DNA of 64,000 nucleotides from an uncultured Eubacteriales bacterium (GTDB lineage Bacteria > Bacillota > Clostridia > Oscillospirales > Acutalibacteraceae). The DNA is taken from positions 8,703-72,702 of the forward strand of contig CAJTNL010000010.1 of the NCBI GenBank assembly GCA_910577755.1. Reading direction: 5' to 3'. Under the pieces are notes generated by a model, which did not search any database, had not been told where the DNA came from, and was given only the letters and a program-made list of their open reading frames with translations. Within the stretch, counting starts at the first letter, position 1, and every line of letters begins with the position of its first letter. The position numbers and the translations under genes are program-made. Shown here in pieces: positions 1 through 8,468 of this stretch.

Positions 1-1812
1 ATCGAACACGCGCTGAACGCCGGTTTGCATTTTATCGTCATTGTGGACGAAAACCATCAGAACAATACGCTGAAAGCGGATGAAATCATCCAGTATTTCC
101 ATATGGACAAGATTATCCGTTGTTCCGCTACGCCGAAAGGTATCAAAAATGCGGAAATCATAGAAATTCCTGAAGCGGATGTTATTGCTGAAGGGCTTAT
201 CAAAAAAATGCTCATTATCAATGAGAATTTTCCGCAGCAGGTGGAAATGGAGAACGCAACCAGCTATCTGTTAGAACAGGCTTATACCAAGCAGCGTGAA
301 ATCCGTGCAGAATTCCTTTCCGCCGGAAAGGACATTAATCCTTTGATCGTGGTGCAGATTCCAAACAAATCGGAGAAATTGCAGGACGATGTGGAACGCT
401 GGTTTGAAACGCAGAGCGTAACCTATGAAAACGGTCAGCTTGCGGTGTGGCTCTCTGATATGCACGAAAACTTAGAGGGCATTGAAGAAATCAATGCTCC
501 CTCTGTTGCTGTTATTATCAAGCAAGCTGTTGCCACGGGTTGGGACTGTCCGAGAGCTGCCATTTTGGTGAAGCTCCGTGATAATATGGATGAAACCTTT
601 GAAATTCAGACCATTGGGCGTATTCGCCGTATGCCGGAGGCACGCCACTACGGCAAAGATTTGCTGGATAGCTGTTATCTCTACACTTTCGATGAAAAAT
701 TCACCGCCGGTGTCAAGCTGAGCCTCGGTAAAGGGGCTTTGAAAGCAGATACCTTGTTCCTTAAAAATGAGTATAAAGGCATTACCCTGACCTCCGAACA
801 GAGAACGATGGTGACGGATCACCGTAATCCGAAAAAGGCTCTGCTTTCTGTAGCAAAGTATTTTGAAGAAAAATTCAAGACCGGCTCGAATAAGGCGGAG
901 AACAAGAGACGCTTGCAGACGGCGGGATTTGAATTTAGAGCCGATATTCTGCGTCACACCCTTTCGGGTGAAACTGCAACCTTGAATTTTGCTTCGGCAG
1001 ATATGAATACGGTCGTCATTACCGAAAAGCTGAATACCCACGATCACGGTCATATGTACCATCAGAAGGTGGGTAAAATCGGTATGGAGATCGGAATGGA
1101 ATACAGCTATATGAATACGATCATTCGTAAGCTGTTTGATCGCAATTTTACATACAGCCGTAAAATCCTCGCAATGGAGCCGAGAGAAGTCTACGCCTTT
1201 GTAATTAATAACGCCGATCTGCTGCGCCATACGGTGCGTGAATCAATGGCAGCGGAACTGGAACAGCTTACCCTTGATATTGATCAAGTATCCAAGGTGC
1301 CGTTTCGAATCCCACAGTCCTGCCTATTTACTTATGACGGTACAGCAAAAACGCAGTTGGAAATGAAGAAAAATGTATATCAGGGCTACCTTTCCTCTGC
1401 GGAAATCCGTTCCTCCTCGGAACGCAAATTCGAGAAATTCTGCGAAAAGTGCGATGCTGTGGAATGGGTATATAAAAATGGTGATAAAGGCAATGAGTAT
1501 TTGTCCATCGTATATGCGGATAATTCGGACAAGCAGAAGAATTTCTATCCTGACTATATAATCAGCGTGAACGGTGAAGTTTGGATCGTGGAGACTAAGG
1601 GTGGCTTTGACCGCAGTGGCAATAGCCAAGATATTGACATTTTCACGCCGAAAAAATTCGCTGTGCTGAAAGATTATTTGGAACGCTACAGCTTAAAGGG
1701 TGGTATTGTCCGTTATGACGAAAAAAGTGAAGAACTATGCATTTGTATGGACAGCTATTCCGAGGATATTAACAGCGATAGCTGGGTTGTGCTGAGTGAT
1801 ATTTTGAAGTGA
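1..1812 (+). CDS. SF2 DExH-type helicase with C-terminal PD-(D/E)xK nuclease signature, type III restriction Res-like; 5' end lies outside the window
   Basis: Frame 1 is open from nt 1, and FIVIVDENHQ (helicase motif II) precedes the first Met of the ORF track. Later motifs are SATP (motif III), GWDCPRA and QTIGRIRR (motif VI). The C-terminus has YPDYII...WIVETKG, a D...ExK nuclease pattern. Assignment is by motif recognition only. Confidence 0.7.
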   Translation: MEHALNAGLHFIVIVDENHQNNTLKADEIIQYFHMDKIIRCSATPKGIKNAEIIEIPEADVIAEGLIKKMLIINENFPQQVEMENATSYLLEQAYTKQREIRAEFLSAGKDINPLIVVQIPNKSEKLQDDVERWFETQSVTYENGQLAVWLSDMHENLEGIEEINAPSVAVIIKQAVATGWDCPRAAILVKLRDNMDETFEIQTIGRIRRMPEARHYGKDLLDSCYLYTFDEKFTAGVKLSLGKGALKADTLFLKNEYKGITLTSEQRTMVTDHRNPKKALLSVAKYFEEKFKTGSNKAENKRRLQTAGFEFRADILRHTLSGETATLNFASADMNTVVITEKLNTHDHGHMYHQKVGKIGMEIGMEYSYMNTIIRKLFDRNFTYSRKILAMEPREVYAFVINNADLLRHTVRESMAAELEQLTLDIDQVSKVPFRIPQSCLFTYDGTAKTQLEMKKNVYQGYLSSAEIRSSSERKFEKFCEKCDAVEWVYKNGDKGNEYLSIVYADNSDKQKNFYPDYIISVNGEVWIVETKGGFDRSGNSQDIDIFTPKKFAVLKDYLERYSLKGGIVRYDEKSEELCICMDSYSEDINSDSWVVLSDILK

Positions 1813-1813
1813 G

Positions 1814-2512
1814 GTGAAAGTCTTGAAGATAACTGACCACAAGGTGTTAACCGAGTTTTCTCCTGCAAAAGTTCAATTTTTCAGAATAGATCCTGAAGAT
1901 ATTTCAGTAACATTATCAGATATTTTGCGTACTCTTATGGACTTGTCTTGGCTCAGTAAATTCGATCAAGACTTTGAACAGAAAGCATTTGCCTCCCGTG
2001 CAAAAAAAACTATTGATGATATTAAAGAAAAGTTTGACAAATGCGTTGATGACAATATCAGCAAAGATGCTGGTGAGTATGTGGTATCTGAATTAGCCAG
2101 AGAAACTATGGTATCAAAACTGGACTATTTAGATATTCCTCTTGATGAAATTGTTGGTAAAAAGCGTTCTGGAAATCCTGGGTTTGATTTTCATTCACAA
2201 AACAAAATTACGGATACGGTTATTTTCGGTGAAGCAAAGTATATTGCCGCTACTACGGCGTATTCATCGGCATTGCCACAAATTGTCGATTTTATCAGAG
2301 ATGGAAAAGATGTTGAGGATCTTCCTGAATTAAAACCGTTCTGTACAACATCGGCTTTGCAAAGAGCAGCCGATGGAAAAAAGGGATTTTCCGCTGCGTT
2401 TTCAGCAAAAACTACAAGTACAGATAGAATAATCGCTAACATTACGAAGCGCCCGGACTTTCAATCGTTACTTCAATATGAAGAACTCATTTTGGTGGCG
2501 GTGGACTTATGA
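1814..2512 (+). CDS. hamA: HamA-like (DUF1837-type) PD-(D/E)xK nuclease, Hachiman component
   Basis: 232 aa. Carries an E...D...ExK pattern (GEYVVSELARE, GNPGFDF, FGEAKY). Sits directly upstream of an SF2 helicase and overlaps it by ATGA. Start is GTG 1814, or TTG 1823 behind GAGGTG. Not HMM-verified. Confidence 0.6.
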   Translation: MKVLKITDHKVLTEFSPAKVQFFRIDPEDISVTLSDILRTLMDLSWLSKFDQDFEQKAFASRAKKTIDDIKEKFDKCVDDNISKDAGEYVVSELARETMVSKLDYLDIPLDEIVGKKRSGNPGFDFHSQNKITDTVIFGEAKYIAATTAYSSALPQIVDFIRDGKDVEDLPELKPFCTTSALQRAADGKKGFSAAFSAKTTSTDRIIANITKRPDFQSLLQYEELILVAVDL

Positions 2513-4830
2513 ATACTGTTTTAGAAAAGGGCAATATCATTGCCAAAATCAGAAAAGGGGAAGATTTGGATCAGATTATCGATTGTGTCAAATCCGAGAT
2601 TTATCAAAATGGTCCCAACAGCTCTGTAGTTTTGGAAATAGTGTCATATTTTAAATTATTCCAACCAGAGTTTTTCAAAAAGGACGAGCAAGAGATCATT
2701 GCCACGATGGGGCTGTTTTTCAAACAGCCCAAAATCGAAAGCCTTACAGGATCAGTCTTTGAGATATATCATCAGCAACTCAAGGACGAATTTGGCAATG
2801 ACTATACACCAATGCAGGCAGATATTCTTAAGAAGATTCGAGATTTACAGTACTTCAGTTTTTCAGCACCAACAAGTACAGGGAAATCATTTGTATTTCG
2901 ACATCTTATTACTGATTGTTCTAATGATGTGGTTGTCGTCGTCCCCTCAAGAGCACTCATTAACGAGTACTACGACCGATTGAACAGTCTTGTAGACGGA
3001 AAAGCTGTGAATGTCCTAACTTTTGTTGATAGGATTAATACAAAACATATTTACAGGAATATTTTTATACTGACACCTGAGCGTGCAAAAGAGCTGTTCA
3101 AAAATAAAGATTGGCTAAAAATTGATTTGATTTTGTTTGATGAAGCTCAACTTAGCGATGAACACTCGGTGCGAGGTCTCTATTTTGATAGTATTGTAAG
3201 GCGAGCACTAAAGTATTTTCCTGATGCAAAATTCGTTTTTGCACATCCTTTCATTGAAAATCCTGAAGCGCAATTGCAGAAGAATGGCATTGAAACCATT
3301 GATACAACGGCAACATACAGCAATTATGAATTAAAAAATGTAGGACAGATTTTTTATACCCATGACACCAAAAACCAAGGATTCTATCATTTTGGTAGTG
3401 ACCCTGCAACACTTGGAAAACGCAAGCTGGAAGCAAACTTTGATCCTATTGAGTCCGTACTGAAAAAGGGTGGTAGCGTACTGATCTATGTGCCAAAGTC
3501 ACATATTTATAGTAAGCAAATATACAGTCAATTCGAAAAGTATATTTCTATGTGCCAACCAATTAATGATCCTATTGCAATAAAAATGATAGATGAGCTA
3601 AAGGAGTATATTGGTGCTTCAACAACCGATAAGTTATTTTATAACTCTGATATGCTGGAAAAACTGAGATGCGGAATTGTTGTTCATCACGGTTCAATGC
3701 CATTGACAGCCCGTTTGATATTAGAGCATTTTACGCAGCAGCGCTTCTGTAAAATCTGCTTTGCTACTTCTACACTGGAGCAGGGAATCAATATGCCATT
3801 CGATGTGGTTTATCTTGACCGCTTCGAGGAAAGTAAAACACTTTCTGTAAAAAATTTGATTGGTAGAGCCGGTCGCTCTACCAACAAACCCGTATTTGAT
3901 TTTGGTAGCGTCATTTTGCGACCAAATGCAATGAGTAGATTCCGAAAAGTGTACCGCAAGAAAAATACTCTTTCGTCAAAATCTCGATTAGATACGACAG
4001 ATGATAAAATGGATGAGAAATATGAGGAGTACAAAGAAGCAATCAAAACAGGGGAATTCTCTGACGAGTATAATCTTACAAATAAAGATCTTGAGAAATT
4101 AAAGTCAGATAGTGTTACTACGGTAGTTCCTACATTGTTGGATATGATGTTTACTGATGCAGGCTTTGTGTTGCCTAATGCAGTAGCAAAAGAGGTGTAT
4201 GAGGACTTCCAGTGCTTATACAAGCAGTACTTAGGCCGAGAACTAACCGCAGCAGAAAAATTTGTTTTTGATTCCGCCATTAAAATAATGATCTGGAAAG
4301 TGCACGGTAAAACATTTAGTAAGATTTGTCAAGAGAGATATGCTTATGTTTCCAATGTTGCCCAACGGCGATTATTGTCACGAGCAGGTCAACGAGATCG
4401 TGCTGATAGCCTGACAGTTCGATACATTGCAGGTTATAGTGATATTCCGGATAAAGAATTGCGTACTTTCCCCTTATTCCCCGCTGAAACAAAAGGTAAA
4501 GATGTCGATTACGACCGTGTTGTCTATGATACATATGATTTTCTCGATAAACTTATAGGATTTAAGCTGAGTGATTTGTTCTATGCGATTTTCCATCAGT
4601 ATTATCTTGCGTATCAAGACGATCGTGCTGAGAGGTTGGCAAAGTACATCAAATATGGAACGGAAGACTCAACTGAGATATGGATGTTACGATATGGGTT
4701 TTCTTTTGAGGAAATTGAATGGTTAAAGCCTTGTGTTGAAAGCATTGATCAAATGGAAATTAAATTTAACGAAAAAATTGAAAATCTCAGCGATGCTCAG
4801 AAAAGTAGTATTTTAAAATTTATTTTTTAA
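2509..4830 (+). CDS. hamB: HamB-like SF2 (Ski2/DExH-like) helicase, Hachiman component
   Basis: 773 aa with Walker A APTSTGKS, motif II DEAQ, motif V TSTLEQGINMP and motif VI GRAGRS. ATGA start/stop overlap with the upstream small nuclease gene. Confidence 0.65.
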   Translation: MNTVLEKGNIIAKIRKGEDLDQIIDCVKSEIYQNGPNSSVVLEIVSYFKLFQPEFFKKDEQEIIATMGLFFKQPKIESLTGSVFEIYHQQLKDEFGNDYTPMQADILKKIRDLQYFSFSAPTSTGKSFVFRHLITDCSNDVVVVVPSRALINEYYDRLNSLVDGKAVNVLTFVDRINTKHIYRNIFILTPERAKELFKNKDWLKIDLILFDEAQLSDEHSVRGLYFDSIVRRALKYFPDAKFVFAHPFIENPEAQLQKNGIETIDTTATYSNYELKNVGQIFYTHDTKNQGFYHFGSDPATLGKRKLEANFDPIESVLKKGGSVLIYVPKSHIYSKQIYSQFEKYISMCQPINDPIAIKMIDELKEYIGASTTDKLFYNSDMLEKLRCGIVVHHGSMPLTARLILEHFTQQRFCKICFATSTLEQGINMPFDVVYLDRFEESKTLSVKNLIGRAGRSTNKPVFDFGSVILRPNAMSRFRKVYRKKNTLSSKSRLDTTDDKMDEKYEEYKEAIKTGEFSDEYNLTNKDLEKLKSDSVTTVVPTLLDMMFTDAGFVLPNAVAKEVYEDFQCLYKQYLGRELTAAEKFVFDSAIKIMIWKVHGKTFSKICQERYAYVSNVAQRRLLSRAGQRDRADSLTVRYIAGYSDIPDKELRTFPLFPAETKGKDVDYDRVVYDTYDFLDKLIGFKLSDLFYAIFHQYYLAYQDDRAERLAKYIKYGTEDSTEIWMLRYGFSFEEIEWLKPCVESIDQMEIKFNEKIENLSDAQKSSILKFIF

Positions 4831-4880
4831 AATTACATAAGTTTTGAGAAATTCTCACAATGTGTATTTGAATTTAACAC

Positions 4881-4912
4881 AACGGCGGCAAGGATTTCTT
4901 CCTGCCGCCGTT
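4881..4912. terminator. Hairpin between convergent hamB-like and tnpV genes (bidirectional terminator)
   Basis: aacggcggcagg (4881-4892) pairs perfectly with cctgccgccgtt (4901-4912), a 12-bp GC-rich stem. Confidence 0.6.
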
Positions 4913-4917
4913 CTAAG

Positions 4918-5307
4918 TTAGTTGTAAATTATATTGTGATTCACGATTTCTGTTGCTCTGCTTTGGATGTTATTCATTTGCACAACCCACTTCATTTGAT
5001 TATCCGATTTGAGTCGTTTAGTCACACTTTCACGCTCTGCCATCTGATTTATCAGTCTGATAAACATACCTTCTGCTTGCTCGTTAATATCAGCAAGATA
5101 ACTGTTGAGTTTACCGCTTGTGAGCAAATTCATATACAACACTCTATGATTTTGCTTTAGGTAGTGGCGGTGTCGTTGTCCCCATAAACTGACAGGCTTA
5201 TTTTCTTTTTCGGATAGTAAGGTAAAGCAGGGAATAAGATAATCACCTTGCTGTTCGTATGTACAGCCCATCTGTTCAAATATTGTCTTTTCCATAAACT
5301 TAAACAT
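4918..5307 (-). CDS. tnpV: Transposon-encoded protein TnpV family
   Basis: 129 aa. GDYLIP...WGQRH..YLKQNH...LLTSGKLNSYLADINEQAE...MKWVVQMNNIQSRATEIV matches the TnpV family of clostridial transposons and ICEs as I remember it. Confidence 0.8.
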   Translation of the reverse strand: MFKFMEKTIFEQMGCTYEQQGDYLIPCFTLLSEKENKPVSLWGQRHRHYLKQNHRVLYMNLLTSGKLNSYLADINEQAEGMFIRLINQMAERESVTKRLKSDNQMKWVVQMNNIQSRATEIVNHNIIYN

Positions 5308-5479
5308 CCATTATCTTAATTCTAAATTTCTTAATCGTTGCGTGAGCAAATTTGATAATGAGTTCATCAACTGCATCTGTATATCCTCCGTCTGCAATGA
5401 GTTTATTTTTCAAATTGTTCAGACTCTCGATAATAATGCTGTACTCATAATCATCAATCGCTATGTAGTATTTTGACAT
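5300..5479 (-). CDS. Small hypothetical protein (59 aa), co-transcribed with tnpV; below the ORF-track size cutoff
   Basis: ATG at 5479 and TAA at 5300-5302. Translation is MSKYYIAIDDYEYSIIIESLNNLKNKLIADGGYTDAVDELIIKFAHATIKKFRIKIMDV. AGGAGG lies upstream (5493-5498). There is an 8-nt overlap (ATGTTTAA) with the tnpV start. Confidence 0.5.
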   Translation of the reverse strand: MSKYYIAIDDYEYSIIIESLNNLKNKLIADGGYTDAVDELIIKFAHATIKKFRIKIMDV

Positions 5480-5931
5480 CGCATATTTCTTGACCTCCTT
5501 TGCCTAAAGTGTAACAAAGAAATTCTTCCTTTGCGAATGTGCGATTTTTTTTTGAACATAGAGAAAGACAGCGTAAAAAGCATTTCTGCCTTCTACGCTG
5601 TCTTTTCGCCTTTGCAACGCCCATAAAGTTTTGTTTTGATGTGTTTTTCAAATTACTGCCTTATGCGGCGTTGGCATTTGACTATACCTTTTTTTTACCG
5701 ATTATCGCACATATAGCAAAAGATTTTTTGTATGGTTATGGACGGATTATGTTTTGCTATGTCGTGCTTAAGTATGGGTGTTTTCATTTTTTGAGTAAAT
5801 ATATTTTTACTCTGGATATATGATATGTCCTATTTGAAACTTTTAAATGTTTTAAAATTTAACTTTTCTTTATATATGGTTTTTGCTGTACGTTGATTAA
5901 CTTTTTTAAACCAATTGTGTTTTTTGTTATA

Positions 5932-5986
5932 AAAACAGCACCCTTTTGGTTTAAGTGTATTGCATAATTCGAAAAAGGTGCTGTTT
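5932..5986 (-). terminator. Hairpin downstream of the MATE gene
   Basis: aaaacagcaccctttt (5932-5947) pairs with aaaaggtgctgtttt (5972-5986), directly after the stop at 5990 on the minus strand. Confidence 0.5.
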
Positions 5987-5989
5987 TAA

Positions 5990-7336
5990 TTATGTTGTTG
6001 TAAAAGCTTTAGATTTTTTAATTTTGTGAAAGTATAAAAATGCCATAGCAACCAGAAATGTGAGAAGTTCAGCAACAGGAACTGCATACCAAATTGCGTC
6101 TGTACCAAACATAAGAGGGAACGTAGCTACCAGTATGGAGCTTAATACAAGACCTCTTAGCAAACAAACGACGATTGCTGCAACCGGACGAAGAGTGGAT
6201 TGAAAATATCCACTGAAAAAAATATTAAAGTTCATAAACAGATAAGAAAAGAAGTAAATACGCAGAGCACTGGAAGCCAGAGCCAAAATTTCGTCTGATG
6301 GGTGGTTCATAAAGGCATAGGTTAATATATTGGGGAAAAAGAAGCCGAAAATGAATAGCACTAAGGCAATAATACTGGAGGTAATTGTACCAATATGGCG
6401 TACCTGTAATACTCGCTTATGATGACCAGCACCGTGGTTGGTAGCTATAATAGGTTGTGCTGTCTGTGCCACACCGTTAAATAAAGACATACATACAATA
6501 GAAATGTTTGCAATCATACTGTATACGCTTAATCCAATACTACCGATGTATTTTAATAATGTAATATTAAAGACAAATACAAGTACAGCATTGGCGCACT
6601 CTATTAAGAAGCTGGAAAAACCGCATTTTATAATTTCCCATAAGGTCTTAAAGGAAAAGCAGCGGAAAGAAAAGTGCATGGTATTTTTTTTAGAGAAAAA
6701 GTGAAGCACCAGAATACCTATGGTGATAATAGTTCCAATAACAGTTGCTAAAGCACCGCCAAACATACCCATGTCCAGCGGAAAAATAAATAAATAATCC
6801 AGTCCAATATTGATGGCCGAGCCTACTAAAACACCAATCATTGCCAGTTTGGGAGCTTTATCGTTACGCAAAAAACATTGAAGACTAGCAGAAAAAATAA
6901 ATGCAGGAGCAATGAGTGTATAACAAATGCCATAACTACGGACTAACTCAATATTTGTTTCGTTAGCTCCCAATGTGTACATAATAGGATCGAAAAATAT
7001 GATGCAAAAAGCGGAGAGACATATGCTGACTGCGGCTGCAACCATCATAACGGTGGAAAAATATTTATGAGCTAATTGCTGGTTACCGCTGCCCTTTGCA
7101 ACAGACATTAAAACACCACCTCCAACACCAAGCAATAACCCTATGGCAAAAAAGGATGCGATGATTGGCATAAAAATATTAATTGCAGAGAGACCTGTAT
7201 CTCCAACACCTTGACCTATCATAATGGTATCTACTAGCACATATATGGACGTAACAAGAGATGAACCAATAGATGGTCCTAAATAGTGAAAAAATAATCG
7301 ACGTGGAGAATCTGTAAATAGATTGACTTGTTTCAT
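5990..7336 (-). CDS. MATE family efflux transporter
   Basis: 448 aa, polytopic membrane protein. The N-terminus (RRLFFHYLGPSIGSSLVTSIYVLVDTIMIGQGVG) is typical of MATE/NorM-like proteins. Confidence 0.85.
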   Translation of the reverse strand: MKQVNLFTDSPRRLFFHYLGPSIGSSLVTSIYVLVDTIMIGQGVGDTGLSAINIFMPIIASFFAIGLLLGVGGGVLMSVAKGSGNQQLAHKYFSTVMMVAAAVSICLSAFCIIFFDPIMYTLGANETNIELVRSYGICYTLIAPAFIFSASLQCFLRNDKAPKLAMIGVLVGSAINIGLDYLFIFPLDMGMFGGALATVIGTIITIGILVLHFFSKKNTMHFSFRCFSFKTLWEIIKCGFSSFLIECANAVLVFVFNITLLKYIGSIGLSVYSMIANISIVCMSLFNGVAQTAQPIIATNHGAGHHKRVLQVRHIGTITSSIIALVLFIFGFFFPNILTYAFMNHPSDEILALASSALRIYFFSYLFMNFNIFFSGYFQSTLRPVAAIVVCLLRGLVLSSILVATFPLMFGTDAIWYAVPVAELLTFLVAMAFLYFHKIKKSKAFTTT

Positions 7337-7416
7337 GAAAACCTCTTAAATATTGAAATAAAAAGTGAATAAGTCAGCTCAATTGATGCTGCGCCTACCC
7401 ACTGTCTGTAATACTC

Positions 7417-8436
7417 TTAATATGTTTTTGGAATGAATCCAATCTTTTTCATAACTTTGCGTAAGGTTCGATTGGATATAGAAAGTGCTTTTTCAGCGCT
7501 TTCTATATAGCATTTTTCCAAATACGCTTTATCTGTCATATAATGAGAAAATTTTTCTTGTATAGGTTGTAAATGTGCGATGACTGCGTCGGCAACGGCA
7601 GTTTTAAAATCCCCGTAGCCTTTGCCGCTGAACTCTGTTTCAATTTGCTCATTGGTTTTACCTGTAACGCAAGCGTAAATCCCCATCAAATTATTGATAC
7701 CATCTTTTTCTTCACCGTAGGCTATGAGGCCGTCGCTGTCGGTTATGGCGCGTTTAAATTTCCGCATAATATCTTCTGGTTTATCTAATACCGCCACGCA
7801 GCTATTTGCATTTTCATCGGATTTAGACATTTTTTTGGTAGGGTCTTGCAATGACATAACTCTTGCGCCTGTTTTAGAAATATAAGGCTGTGGTACTACA
7901 AAAGTCGGACTGTAAATTCTGTTAAATCTTTCTGCAATATCCCTTGCAAGCTCTAAATGTTGTTTTTGGTCTGCACCAACTGGAATCAGATCTGCTTGAT
8001 ACAGTAAAATATCAGCAGCCATTAAGCTTGGATAGGTGAACAGACCTACATTGATATTATCTGCATGTTTTGTAGATTTATCCTTAAACTGCGTCATTCT
8101 GGAAAGCTCTCCAAATTGTGTATAGCAATTTAAAATCCACGCTAGTTCAGCATGAGTATGCACATGGCTTTGAATAAAAAATAGGCTTTTTTCAACGTTA
8201 ATGCCACATGCCAACAATAGGGCATAGGCTTCTAAAGCGTTGTGGCGGAATTTAGTAGGTTCCTGGCGAACGGTAATTGTATGTAAATCTGCTAGTGCAA
8301 ATATACATTGATAATCGTCCTGTAAAGCGGTCCAGTTACGCAGTGCGCCCAAATAGTTTCCTAATGTAATTGTGCCGCTAGGTTGAATGGCGCTGAATAT
8401 TACTTTTTTTTTCTCAGCTTCGTTGGTTACAGACAT
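7417..8436 (-). CDS. trpS: Tryptophan--tRNA ligase
   Basis: 339 aa. Class I signature region IQPSGTITLGNYLGA, and KMSKSD. Confidence 0.95.
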   Translation of the reverse strand: MSVTNEAEKKKVIFSAIQPSGTITLGNYLGALRNWTALQDDYQCIFALADLHTITVRQEPTKFRHNALEAYALLLACGINVEKSLFFIQSHVHTHAELAWILNCYTQFGELSRMTQFKDKSTKHADNINVGLFTYPSLMAADILLYQADLIPVGADQKQHLELARDIAERFNRIYSPTFVVPQPYISKTGARVMSLQDPTKKMSKSDENANSCVAVLDKPEDIMRKFKRAITDSDGLIAYGEEKDGINNLMGIYACVTGKTNEQIETEFSGKGYGDFKTAVADAVIAHLQPIQEKFSHYMTDKAYLEKCYIESAEKALSISNRTLRKVMKKIGFIPKTY

Positions 8437-8468
8437 GCGCTAATTCTCCTTAATCGTTGATAATAGAG

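Larger units (their letters stand above)
1..5500. mobile_element. Right-hand portion of a putative integrative/transposon-like accessory element carrying defence cargo (boundary not defined)
   Basis: Defence genes followed by tnpV, then about 450 bp of non-coding AT-rich DNA before core genes (MATE, trpS). No recombinase or terminal repeat is visible in the window. Confidence 0.4.

Noticed and set aside
472-1230. 252-aa ORF antisense to the Res-like helicase gene. Similar long antisense ORFs occur at 3810-4280, 28473-28850, 42828-43394, 49346-49783 and 50272-50730.
   Set aside because: Each lies entirely inside a well-supported gene on the other strand. They have odd composition (Cys/His/Arg-rich or low complexity), no RBS and no recognisable family, so they are shadow ORFs.
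5300-5479. Calling the small ORF next to tnpV 'TnpW'.
   Set aside because: The sequence does not resemble what I remember of the TnpW family, so it is left as hypothetical.
5539-5823. 94-aa plus-strand ORF, and a 65-aa minus-strand ORF (5454-5651), in the spacer after tnpV.
   Set aside because: No RBS, Phe/Cys/Leu-rich translation of AT-rich DNA, and they overlap a hairpin. They are most likely non-coding.
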